DNA of 63,097 nt, counting the filler, from Octopus bimaculoides (Eukaryota), in assembly GCF_001194135.2 (NCBI RefSeq). It is 4 parts of 4 records of this genome, joined end to end, with 100 filler letters (N's around TTAATTAATTAA, not from the genome) between each part and the next. Parts side by side here need not be neighbours in the genome. Positions count along the whole stretch, not along the records: positions 35,506 to 51,922 come from NC_068985.1; positions 52,023 to 63,097 come from NC_068990.1; 2 more parts are not named here. One strand, written 5' to 3'. Below are positions 41,403 through 53,185 of this stretch, piece after piece (positions within the stretch are counted from its first letter, which is position 1; every line of letters begins with the position of its first letter). Below the pieces are notes generated by a model. That model was not told where the DNA came from and searched no databases. It saw nothing but the letters and a program-made list of their open reading frames with translations. The position numbers were made by a program, and so were the translations under genes.

Positions 41403-42271
41403 GAGCCTATATCTCATAATATTTGAGTCTGTTATTCTTGTATGTCTTTCTCAGTATACTTCTTTATTGCAATATGAACACTTCTGTGTGTTTGCAGAGT
41501 TTTAGTCTCATAAATTTTACCTATATTAGTAATTAATATCATACACGATTAACCTCAGTAATGGTTATCAAAAATAAAATGAGATTTCAAGAGACAGAGG
41601 GAAGCCATTAACTTGCAATGTATATAGTAAATTCACAACTTTTATCTTCATTAATTTTTAAAAATCATTTCACTGTTAAAAGCTTATAAAATCCAGTTTT
41701 AGAATAAAAGTTATAATTATGATTAGTTTAGTTGAGATACCTCACTCACAACTTAGATGGGCGTTAAGCATAACAACTGCTTAAAACCAACGAACTAGAA
41801 AAGAAAAGAAAAAACGGGGAAGAAACACTACAGTAAAGAAATCACGCACACACACACACACACGCACGGGGGCGCACGCACACACGCGCACACACACACA
41901 CACACACACACACATCACTTCAATATTTTTCCGTAAGTTCCCATAACTCTACACTTCACTGAAAATCAAACTTGTCCAGAGTTGTCTCCCATCACTGACT
42001 CCATATTATCGTTACATGATACTTAACGTATATTGAATGTTCTCAATGTACGGAATATGCCCCGTTCTACGTTCTTCTCACATATCATATAGGAGTAGAT
42101 GTGTAAGAAAAGAAGCTTGCTTTCCAATCATATGATTCCAGGTTCAGTCTCATTGGGTGGAACTTTGGGCAAGTATCTTCTACTATATCCTCTGGCCGAC
42201 CAAAGCCTTGTGAGTGGATTTGGTAGACAGAAACCGAAAGAAGTCCGTCGTACATACATACATACATACAT

Positions 42272-42321
<50 letters not shown>

Positions 42322-42878
42322 NNNNNNNNNNNNNNNNNNNNNNNNNNNNNNNNNNNNNNNNNNNNNNNNNNNNNNNNNNNNNNNNNNNNNNNNNNNNNNN
42401 NNNNNNNNNNNNNNNNNNNNNNNNNNNNNNNNNNNNNNNNNNNNNNNNNNNNNNNNNNNNNNNNNNNNNNNNNNNNNNNNNNNNNNNNNNNNNNNNNNNN
42501 NNNNNNNNNNNNNNNNNNNNNNNNNNNNNNNNNNNNNNNNNNNNNNNNNNNNNNNNNNNNNNNNNNNNNNNNNNNNNNNNNNNNNNNNNNNNNNNNNNNN
42601 NNNNNNNNNNNNNNNNNNNNNNNNNNNNNNNNNNNNNNNNNNNNNNNNNNNNNNNNNNNNNNNNNNNNNNNNNNNNNNNNNNNNNNNNNNNNNNNNNNNN
42701 NNNNNNNNNNNNNNNNNNNNNNNNNNNNNNNNNNNNNNNNNNNNNNNNNNNNNNNNNNNNNNNNNNNNNNNNNNNNNNNNNNNNNNNNNNNNNNNNNNNN
42801 NNNNNNNNNNNNNNNNNNNNNNNNNNNNNNNNNNNNNNNNNNNNNNNNNNNNNNNNNNNNNNNNNNNNNNNNNNNNNN

Positions 42879-43187
42879 TCGGCGGAATTTGAACTCAGAA
42901 CGTAAAGACAGACGAAACACCGCTAAGCATTTCGTCCGACGTGCTAACGTTTCTTATTTCTTTATTGCCCACAAGGGGCTAAGCATAGAGGGGACAAACA
43001 AGTACAGACAAAGGGATTAAGTCGATTACATCGACCCCAGTGCGTAACTGGTACTCAATTTATCGACTTCAAAAGGATGAAAGGCAAAGCCGACCTCGGC
43101 GGAATTTGAACTCAGAACGTAAAGACAGGCGAAATATTGCTAAGCATTTAGCCCGGTGTGCTAACCACTCTGCCAGCTCGCCGCCTT
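42879..43187 (-). mobile_element. SINE dimer: SINE with Tx1-like tail followed by headless SINE
   Basis: Same junction as at 21.5 kb: ccccttgtgggcaataaagaaataag|aaacgttagcacgtcgg at about 42952. Confidence 0.85.
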
Positions 43188-43321
43188 CAACCCATTCCAA
43201 GGATATTAAAATGTTTTCCGATCTACTTTGCAAAATGAAAAAGAAAAATTTGATATATTTTCATATTTCATCTTCTTTTACTTGTTTCAGTTACTGTACT
43301 GCGATCCTACTGGAGCATCGA

Positions 43322-44060
43322 TTTGAGGTGCCTGGAGCCTGGCCACATTAAAAAGAATTTCTCCCAGGACCAAGGTAAGGCCCTGGGACAGGTTATAAAA
43401 GAGGTGCCCTTCGCTTCCCCATTCGAGAGAGAGACGGAGGAAGTCGAGGAGGTGGAAACCTCCTCGAAAAAAGGGAGAAAACGAAAGAAGGTGACAACAA
43501 TAGTTGCTCACCGAAGGATTCGCAAGCTGCAGGAGAGGAGAAGGACCTTTCAGCCAGAACGATAGAGGCCCCTACTCCCGTGGCCCAAAAGAAAAGAAGG
43601 AAGAAGAGGAAGAACGGGACGCGGCCAGCGGATGTTAGCATACTGCCGGCCCATGTCCCGATGCCCCGTCGTTGGGAATTGTGCCAATGACGGAGGAGGT
43701 ACCGACGGTGGAAGCTGAGGCCCCTCCCAGAGAAGACGATGAGGAGTGCATCGTCGACGAATTGCAGGGGATGTAGAGAGCTATTTGGACAGCCATGTGG
43801 ACTGGGAGCGAATACAATCCGGCTGCATGGTCTGTCCAAGTTGGCCTCCGCAGGTGGTTGCGGAGGTGATAAGGAAGAGGGAATCGTTCTAAGTGATAAT
43901 TTCCTTTTCCAAGAGGGAGTTCTCATTTCTTTCCTTTCGCCCCGATCTGTCGCTGCGGGTTTACCTGCAGGCGGCGGGGAACTAACCGGGGTTGTGGATT
44001 GCCTCTTTTTATGATATTTGTGATTTTTGTGACATTTATTTGTAATAAAAGTGATTAAAA
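43322..44060 (+). mobile_element. Gag/ORF1-like C-terminal fragment of a retroelement with apparent 3' UTR
   Basis: RCLEPGHIKKNF resembles a degenerate CCHC knuckle. It is followed by a K/E-rich low-complexity region with frameshifts, a stop at about 43893 and AATAAA at about 44044. GC-richer than the flanks. Confidence 0.5.
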
Positions 44061-44179
44061 CGAAAGAACAGTGAATCCGAAGCGTTCATCGGTCGCCGGG
44101 TGCCGGCGCTCCTCTCATCTGTCTCATTTTGTCTATCATTTCATCTCATTTTGCATTGTCGTCCAGCCTGCATTGCTAC

Positions 44180-44320
44180 TGCAACTCTTGCTTACCAACC
44201 ACATGGTTCCGGGTTCAATCCTACTGCGTGGCATCTTGGGCAGGTGCCTTCAACTATAGCCTCGGGCCGACCAAAGCCTTGTGAGTGGATTTGGTAGATG
44301 GAAACTGAAAGAAGCCCCTC

Positions 44321-44415
<95 letters not shown>

Positions 44416-44610
44416 TCCTCTCACCATCGCTTGACAATCAATGTTGGTGAGTTCACGTCCATGTAAATTAGCGGTTCGGCAAAAAAGACAGATAGAATAA
44501 GTACTAGGCTTACAAAGAATAAGTACTGGGGGCGATTTGTTCGACTAAAGGCGGTGCTCCAGCATGGCCGCAGTCAAATGACTGAAACAAATAAATGAAT
44601 AAAAGAAAAG
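44180..44610 (+). mobile_element. tRNA-derived SINE with internal (TA)n(GT)n
   Basis: ggttcaatcctactgcgtggcatcttgggc...ggcggtgctccagcatggccgcagtcaaatgactgaaac. Confidence 0.85.
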
Positions 44611-45221
44611 AAAAGAAAGAAAATGCAAATAGTCTGTACAACGGAAAAAAAATGGAATATGCAAATTACAGATATTCAGATTAATAGGCGGTAATGTATA
44701 TAGTTGATGACAACGATTCAAATACCAGGTATTACATTAAAAGTTTGACGGGCAGAATAATGGTGAACTTTATAAATTAAATCTAAAATAATTCTAAGTG
44801 TAATTTACAATAGGATCTAATCACTAATTGACACACATTCTCTTACCAAAAGATGGTGAAAGACACGGAAATCATCCTAAAAAAAGGTAATTATTAAATA
44901 AATATTTTCACCGATGTCTACAATTGACAATCAGTTCATTACAGTTATTTAATAATGTCAGTGATCAGCTGACACTATTAAATAAAAACGATAGCCATGT
45001 CTGTGATGGAGAGGGGCGGAATCAGTAATAGCTCACTTGAATTGAAATTTCACTTCGACTTTAATTTAGAGATATATTCTGCTAACGAATTAAAAAGTCC
45101 GAACTTCTTATTAAACGAGTGATGATGTACAGAGATTCACTTTTCAACAAAGATGGCTGTAGAACTTTATATTTTTCAAATTTATTTTTGAGCTTGTGCC
45201 ATGTGTGTATGTTTGTGTATA

Positions 45222-45431
45222 TTCTTTTGTACTCTAGGCACAAGGCCCGAAATTTTTAGAGGAAGGGGGCAGTCGATTAGATCGACCCCGTTATGCAACT
45301 GGTACTTAATTTATCGACCCCGAAAAGATGAAAGCAAAGTCGGCGGAATTTGAACTCAAAACGTAACGGCAGACGAAATACCGCTAAGCATTTCGCCCGG
45401 CGTGCTAACGTTTCTGCCAGCTCGCCGCCTT
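45222..45431 (-). mobile_element. Full-length tRNA-derived SINE
   Basis: ggcggcgagctggcagaaacgttagcacgccggg head through cttgtgcctagagtac tail. Confidence 0.9.
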
Positions 45432-45794
45432 GTGCCGCGTATTTATTAAAACACATTTTCTAGTGCACAGTTCCTATCTCAAGGACACATCCAAGACGCC
45501 TTATGAATGCTATTAGTCGGAGGAGCCAAAATGTCATTATGTATTTGAGAAGATCTACTGGAGTGCAAATAACTTATACTAGAACGAGGCCCACAGGCAC
45601 AATTAGTCACTGTTTCCTCGGTCAGAGAAATTTCAATTATTAAGCACCGATTTCAATTTATCGGGTGCTGCTTGATCTATACTTGGAGTATACTTACTCG
45701 CATTCCTTATTGTAGCTGGACTTTGGTGCTGCGAAAAATAAGGACAGCGGAGTGATTGGTAGAATCGGTAGATCGTTGGACATATATTCTCTGA

Positions 45795-46167
45795 ACATTA
45801 TTTACATTATTTACATTTGAAGGATATTTGTCCTCATCAACGTTTCGGCTGATATACCCTCCAGCCTTCATCAGGTGTCTTGGGGAAATTTCGAATCTGG
45901 GTTCTCATTCCTAAGGTATTTTTAGATGTTGTTGTTATTATTATTATTATTATTAATATTATTATTATTATTATTCAGGTCACTGCCTGGAATCGAATTC
46001 GGAATCTTGGGATTAGTAGCCCGCGCTCTTAACCACTACGCCATATGCCCGTGGGCATATCAGCCGAAACGTTGTGTTATCAACAAACAAGATGAGGACA
46101 AATATCCGTCAAATGTAAATACTGTAAACAATGTACATAATTCCTCATCTCTTAAATATAGAACTGT
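45795..46167 (-). mobile_element. tRNA-headed short element with (AAT)n body, HHR tail and inverted 5' copy of the tail
   Basis: Minus strand: A box TGGCGTAGTGG (46043-46033), tRNA-like anticodon arm, B-box-like AATTCGATTCC (46000-45989), (AAT)n, HHR, (AATGTAAAT)n end. 46057-46167 on + repeats the tail in inverted orientation. Confidence 0.7.
45835..45878 (-). ncRNA. Hammerhead ribozyme, core intact but stem I 3' strand lost
   Basis: Minus strand acac-CTGATGA-a-ggctg/gagggtatat/cagcc-GAAA-cg-TT-gatg. The plus-strand partial copy at 46057-46076 reads cagccGAAAcgTTgtgt, restoring stem I (acac/gtgt), so this copy carries a deletion. Confidence 0.7.
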
Positions 46168-46263
46168 ATTATATATTTTCTGAAAGTATGTAGTTGCGTT
46201 TTCTCGCGTTCCGAGCCCAAATTCCGCTGTGGTTCGTTCTGCTTTTCTCTCCTACCGTAGATT

Positions 46264-46306
<43 letters not shown>

Positions 46307-47189
46307 ATAAAAACATAAAATGGTGGTGATGGAGTGAATGTCTGTCGATTGAGTAGTTTGAATCTAACAGAACTCACAATAATTGCCGATTAAGAGGAGT
46401 AGAGAGTTTAAGTGGATATTTTTAAATAAAAAATCTTGCGGTGAAAAATTTCGCAAAAGTTTTAGCAATAGAATTTCTCACTAAAATAGAGAAATGAAGG
46501 TTATACCACTAAATATTCTTCCTCCTTTTAAGTTTATCCCGAAAGAGCTTTCTCTGGTAGCATGGCAAATGTCCTACCATTGGAGCAAAAAACATCCTTC
46601 GAATTTCTTTATCCGTTTAAGAAACAATATTCTTATCAACGAGAAGTGCGTGTTGTTGACGTCTTAAGAATTTATGAGCTTTCGAGAGAAAATTAAATTA
46701 ATATTTTTTGTAAGAGTGGATCTTGAAGCACATAACGCTATAAAAAAACCCTTTGACTTTTCTATTCAAGAGGTTTTTAATCCAATAATTACATACAAAT
46801 ATCTATAGATCTAAGTACTTCGAGATCCCCTGTTCCAAAAGATAATTATTTTACATTCCCTCGAAAGTTTATAAAATTTTTATGACGTCAACTATATGTG
46901 TGTGTGTGTGTGCGCGCGTGGATTCCACCAAGACAACCAATAAAAGAACTTTAAAACATCTGGCCCGTTCTCTGTTCGCCTCAATGCACACAACTTTGTT
47001 TCGTTTTCTGTGCTTTGTTTCTTTTTATACTTTGTGGCTCCTTATTACTTTGCCTTTACACATTTAACAGGTTTTGTTTTTCTTTCCTGGGTCGGTTTGA
47101 TGACGTAATATTCGTGTTTGTCGTCTTGACGTCATAATCTCCAAACACCAGTTGCATTATATTCGCCCGAACACACCGTGCATATATAT

Positions 47190-47375
47190 GTATATACTAT
47201 ATGGAGAATTTATAGAGTGAAGTTCCATAAATCCCAACAATTTTGTTAAATATGGTGGAGACAAGTTGTGAAAATCTATAAGAAGTTTAATAAATTTTAA
47301 CATGTTTCCTCCATTCTTAACAAAATTGATGGGATTTACGGAACTTCATTCCAGAAATTCACCATACATTATATG
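47190..47375. repeat. Inverted repeat, probably a Penelope-derived fragment
   Basis: gaagttccataaatcccaacaattttgttaa is inverted against ttaacaaaattgatgggatttacggaacttc. The Penelope link is inferred only from similar architecture. Confidence 0.6.
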
Positions 47376-48259
47376 CAAGTACTACCTTCATGTCTTCGCA
47401 AATTTACGCCTGTAAACTCCCAGCAAAGTATGAAGAATCAACATTAGAAATCTTTTTTGGAAACCTCCAATTAAAGGAAGAATCTACATTCAACCTTTAT
47501 ACACCTGTAAATAATTGGTAATGTGAAGAAACAAAAGACCTGGTAATTCAATCCGCAAACATGACTCCGATTACAGATGGATTCAAAAGACAATTGTAAA
47601 TGATAAATTAAAAATATATAAATACACAGACTTTAAAAAAAAAATCTATAAATAAATATATTAAAAATATATATGTGTAAAGTAATAGATTTAAAAAAAC
47701 CCTCCGGATTCAGACATAAAAACGTTAAGACATGCGTGTATAGGTAAAAATACTGAAGAAAGTCTGAAGTGGTGATGGAAGCGAACTAAAAGATACAATG
47801 AGGAGCGAAGTTAAAATTAATTAAAGTTGGGTATCAACGGCCGTTTCTGGGGGTTCATTGCAGGAAAAAATAAGGGGATATAATACTCATTATTTGGCAA
47901 TTCTTTTTTCTTCTTTAATCTATCATATACAATTGTCTTTTAAATGCATCACCATATATATATATATGAATATGTTATAATGGAATAATTACTACGATGC
48001 ATTGTGTAGAATATATTGTGTAAACGATCGTGGGTAAGGACAAAGCAATGCGAAGTAAATGCAAAGTAAATCACAAGAAGACAAATATGTGGATTAATGG
48101 AGACTTATCTTACATAACTTGTATTTAATATTTCGGGGTTATGACCACATTTTCAAGAAATTGACGAATGTTGCCGATGTGCGTGTGTGGAGTGGACATG
48201 CGCAGAAAGGTGTTGCTATAGCAACCAGCTAGCTTCCTGTAACTCCCTTCTACTGTTGA

Positions 48260-48495
48260 TCTCGGTGTGCTTTTTTGGTGTATGAGGATGGCCTCAGAGA
48301 TCCTAAGGTTGCCCCTGTTCCGCTGTGTTGCTTTGGTGTGCACTACGAATTTCCGGCTCTGGTATTTCTGTAGATGTTTCTTCACGGAAAGTGTCTGCCT
48401 GCATGTGTTCATTAACGCGTACATGCAATTTTCTTGTCGTGCTTCCGATGTAGGACGCACCACATTTGCCACAGATAATCTCAAATACGACATGG
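48260..48495 (-). mobile_element. Penelope-like element GIY-YIG endonuclease remnant (frameshifted)
   Basis: Minus strand VVFEIICGKCGASYIGSTTRKLHVRVNEH, then in another frame LRISEAILI. These match the PLE GIY-YIG pattern (VVY.I.C..C...YIG.T.R.L..R..EH ... EA..I). Flanked by inverted repeats 48083-48190 / 48523-48620. Confidence 0.85.
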
Positions 48496-49673
48496 GTCCT
48501 CTGGGGGCAGTTCGACGCTCACACACAAACGCACATCGGCAACATTCGTCTATTTCCTGAAAATGGGCTCATAACATCGAAATATTGAATACAATGTAAG
48601 TCTATATTAATCCACAAATTTGTTTTCTTATGATTTACCTTGCATTTACTTCGCATTGTTTTGGCCTTACCCACGATCCTTTATACAATATATATATATA
48701 TATATATATATATANNNNNNNNNNNNNNNNNNNNNNNNNNNNNNNNNNNNNNNNNNNNNNNNNNNNNNNNNNNNNNNNNNNNNNNNNNNNNNNNNNNNNN
48801 NNNNNNNNNNNNNNNNNNNNNNNNNNNNNNNNNNNNNNNNNNNNNNNNNNNNNNNNNNNNNNNNNNNNNNNNNNNNNNNNNNNNNNNNNNNNNNNNNNNN
48901 NNNNNNNNNNNNNNNNNNNNNNNNNNNNNNNNNNNNNNNNNNNNNNNNNNNNNNNNNNNNNNNNNNNNNNNNNNNNNNNNNNNNNNNNNNNNNNNNNNNN
49001 NNNNNNNNNNNNNNNNNNNNNNNNNNNNNNNNNNNNNNNNNNNNNNNNNNNNNNNNNNNNNNNNNNNNNNNNNNNNNNNNNNNNNNNNNNNNNNNNNNNN
49101 NNNNNNNNNNNNNNNNNNNNNNNNNNNNNNNNNNNNNNNNNNNNNNNNNNNNNNNNNNNNNNNNNNNNNNNNNNNNNNNNNNNNNNNNNNNNNNNNNNNN
49201 NNNNNNNNNNNNNNNNNNNNNNNNNNNNNNNNNNNNNNNNNNNNNNNNNNNNNNNNNNNNNNNNNNNNNNNNNNNNNNNNNNNNNNNNNNNNNNNNNNNN
49301 NNNNNNNNNNNNNNNNNNNNNNNNNNNNNNNNNNNNNNNNNNNNNNNNNNNNNNNNNNNNNNNNNNNNNNNNNNNNNNNNNNNNNNNNNNNNNNNNNNNN
49401 NNNNNNNNNNNNNNNNNNNNNNNNNNNNNNNNNNNNNNNNNNNNNNNNNNNNNNNNNNNNNNNNNNNNNNNNNNNNNNNNNNNNNNNNNNNNNNNNNNNN
49501 NNNNNNNNNNNNNNNNNNNNNNNNNNNNNNNNNNNNNNNNNNNNNNNNNNNNNNNNNNNNNNNNNNNNNNNNNNNNNNNNNNNNNNNNNNNNNNNNNNNN
49601 NNNNNNNNNNNNNNNNNNNNNNNNNNNNNNNNNNNNNNNNNNNNNNNNNNNNNNNNNNNNNNNNNNNNNNNNN

Positions 49674-49711
<38 letters not shown>

Positions 49712-50055
49712 GAACTCTTATGTATATATATCAGAAAATATACATAAGTCGAAACGATTTGTAGGCATTTTATGTTATTTTTAAAATAATTGTTTATGTT
49801 ATATAATATTATGTTATATTATATTCATAGTATGTCATATAATATTATAATATAAATAAATTATTGAATTGTTAATACAATATCTCTATATTTAATTTAT
49901 CTTTATTATTGAATTATACTAATATTTATATGGTATTCAGCTGAAGTACCAGTGAATTGGATGCTTAACACTCCCCTTTGAAGGAACTTTTCCTCAGTTT
50001 GTTATATATATATAACAAACAGATTAAGAGGAATGACCACCAAAGTGGATTCCTA

Positions 50056-50735
50056 ATATGCTAAAGATAGACGTCAAATCGCCTAACCCCGGGTGAGCGT
50101 TCTGTGTCTAGTTCTGGAAATTGTGTTTTGTAAGCGACAGACTACGCTGTTGAGCTTGCAGATATTTACATTCGTAAATATTAACAAATGAAACCATGGT
50201 ACGTAGGTAATCGTTTTTATTTCGTATACTTTCATTTGTCTTACTCATTTTTACATTCTGGCGTTTGCTGAAATATTTTTGAGAACACACTTTTCGTGGT
50301 AAGGCGATTTGACGTCTATCTTTAGCATATTATATATATCCCTTCATCGGAGACGGTGTGAGAAAATGGTTAAGCAATAGTTATTCTAGATAAGATATGA
50401 AATAGAGAGTGAAGTGGAGGAATGAAAATAGATTGTAGATCCATTATTTAGGCAGAATGGTATACATATAAGATTCCTGTACCTTGTGAGTTCCAATGGT
50501 ATTTAAAATTGGTCATTGGAACTTACTCACAAGGTCCAGGAATCATATATGTATACCATTCTGCCTAAATAATGGATCTACAGCAATATCCCTGCATGCC
50601 TCACGTCTTATTTCATTCCTCCACTTCACTCTCTATTTCATATCTTCTCTAAAATAACTATTGCTTAACCATTTTCTCGCACCGTCTCTGATGAAGGGAT
50701 ATATATAATATCCCGGAAACAGCTGTAAGACCATC
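50056..50735. repeat. Nested inverted repeats, Penelope-like terminal repeats
   Basis: 50056-50088 is inverted against 50298-50331. About 50335-50490 is inverted against 50535-50705. The right arm ends in the intact HHR; the left arm has a truncated CCGATGA copy. Confidence 0.75.
50684..50731 (+). ncRNA. Type I minimal hammerhead ribozyme, core intact (Penelope-type)
   Basis: gtct-CTGATGA-a-gggatat/atata/atatccc-g-GAAA-cagctg-TA-agac. Stem I gtct/agac, 7-bp stem II, palindromic stem III CAGCTG, GUA cleavage triplet (cut after 50727). Folded by eye. Confidence 0.8.
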
Positions 50736-51164
50736 TATTTATAAATGTTCTGAAATATTTCACAGCCTTGGATTTTTATTTCATTCTGAAAATTTTTATA
50801 TATATATACATGCTGATATATGACCTATGTTGGACTCCTCATTTGCATAATCACCGAATCTGGACCTTAACTATAGTCTGTCCATAGCACTTACTCAGTA
50901 TTACCTGACACCTTTGGGTCTTCTTGACCCCATTACNNNNNNNNNNNNNNNNNNNNNNNNNNNNNNNNNNNNNNNNNNNNNNNNNNNNNNNNNNNNNNNN
51001 NNNNNNNNNNNNNNNNNNNNNNNNNNNNNNNNNNNNNNNNNNNNNNNNNNNNNNNNNNNNNNNNNNNNNNNNNNNNNNNNNNNNNNNNNNNNNNNNNNNN
51101 TATGACAGAAGAATGAATGGGACCTCAATATTATGTAAATAGAGGAATTTATCTGTAATATATG

Positions 51165-51425
51165 TGACAATTATTCGGTTGCCATAATAAAAGTCTGAGT
51201 TTCGGATGTCGGGGCGGAAACCTACTCCGGCATCTCGTCATTTATCAAAACAAACAAAAATTCTCCTTTAACTATATATTAAAATATGTAAAAAATATAT
51301 GTAAAAGATAAAGAGATAAAAATGAATTTTTGTTTGTCTTAATAACTGACGAGATGCCGGAGCAATTTCCGCCCCGACATCCGAAACTCGGAGTTTTATT
51401 ATGGCAACCGAATAATTGTCACATA
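51165..51425. repeat. Inverted repeat pair with one intact and one mutated HHR
   Basis: About 51165-51270 is the reverse complement of about 51318-51422. The minus copy has ATGACGA (C3 to A) and a disrupted stem III. Confidence 0.8.
51340..51401 (+). ncRNA. Type I hammerhead ribozyme, core intact
   Basis: taataa-CTGACGA-gatgccgg...ccgacatc-c-GAAA-ctcggag-TT-ttatta. 6-bp stem I, stem II 7 of 8 bp, stem III ACT/AGT with CGG loop, GUU triplet (cut after 51395). Confidence 0.8.
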
Positions 51426-53185
51426 TTATATTACAGATATGCGTGTGTGAGTGTGCGCATTGTGTGTGTATGTGTTCACATGCACATACATACATGTATA
51501 TGAACCTGTTCTATATGAGACATTTTGCAAAAAAAAAATTAAGTTGATGTTAGGCATTCGTGACATTTTAGTGCGATAGGGCAGATTGGCAAACGTGCAT
51601 ATGAATATTTTTAAGATGAAAATAGTTTTATTCACTGCTAATTTCTATTTATTAACAATCATTTGTACAAGTTTGGATCGTTATTAAAGTCATCAATCAG
51701 AAATTGTTCTGATATTCATTTCGATAAATAAAACTTTTCCAGTTCAGTTTGTCCGTGGCAACAGTATCTGTAAAAACTGAGAGTCGAACACACACGTAAA
51801 TTGCTGTTGTCACAATTTTTACGATTGTATATTTGTTCACAATAACTATGTTCGCCAGAATTTATTCAATTCTCCTTCACCGAAGTTTAGTGTGTGTTTT
51901 CATATATATATATATATATATANNNNNNNNNNNNNNNNNNNNNNNNNNNNNNNNNNNNNNNNNNNNTTAATTAATTAANNNNNNNNNNNNNNNNNNNNNN
52001 NNNNNNNNNNNNNNNNNNNNNNAACAAAAAAACAACAAAGTGAGGACGTGATACGGATAGTGTTATTGGACGCTCGGGAAAGGAAAGAGAGAGAGTATGA
52101 CGTTTCGGGCGGAGCCCTTCGTCGGAAAGACGGAAAGTTCAAAGAATGGAAAAACGGAGGAAGAGAAAATCGGCACCGATGCCCACGAGATTACATTGTG
52201 GAAGGACCGGAAGAGGAGGTGGTGGAGGAAAAGTTCTTTCTAAGACAGGAGAGTGAAAAAGGGAGGTGAATATCTGTGCGTGCGCGAGAGTCTGCAAGTG
52301 TGTGTGTAATAACAGAACGTGTGTGTGCGTATGTATGTGTGTGTGTGTGTGTGTGTATCCGTTTAGTGTTGACTACCGGAAAAAAATACTCATACCATAA
52401 AAAAAGATAATATTTTATTTTCGCCAAATCAGTCTCTTGCTACTCAGTTTCACCTGTGGGTGAACAAGGTCTTCAAATTCTATAATTTTTCGGTCATAAC
52501 TTACCTGAAGACCCTGTGCACCCTCAAATGGAATACAGATAAGCAAGAGCAACTCGACAAAAATAACACTTACACACACGCGCGTACGTACGTACGTACG
52601 TTTGTATACAACTGTACATCCTTAGGGTATGTCCAAAGGGCTAGAAAATGAAGCAACTTCGCGATATAGATTTAAAGAGATAGAAGCAAAAACGGTGAAC
52701 AAAAATAAAAACGAGGTACCTTCTGACAAGTCACACGAAGAGATACATCTGCACCTATGATGCATCACGGTTGTTTGTACAGCATCTCACCTGTGAGGCA
52801 CCGGTGCACGATGGGTCAAAATGCTCGTATGGAATAAAGAGTCTCGTGAATTCCATCTACTTTCTCATATTTTTATAAACTCTACGGTCACAAAGGAATT
52901 CCTGAAGAAAATCCAGTAACATATACGAGTATATGCCGCCATACTGTTGATGACATCAGGTAGCCGAATACTATGAACGGGCTTTAAGCAGCATACTACA
53001 AGATGTATACATGAATATAAGATTATTACTTATATATAAAGAGATAGGTATATTGGTTAGCTGCAAATAAACCTTATTACCATCTATGGTTTAGGTAAAT
53101 GCAACTATTTATCCCTCCAGCTGTCACAAATCTAATGTTCTGCTTGTTCAAAAGAATGAATTTATTTATTTATTTTTTTGCTTCT

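Noticed and set aside
47825-47862. Minus-strand GAAA-cggccg-TT palindrome resembling an HHR 3' half
   Set aside because: The CUGANGA core is not intact (ctgcaatga), so it cannot be supported.
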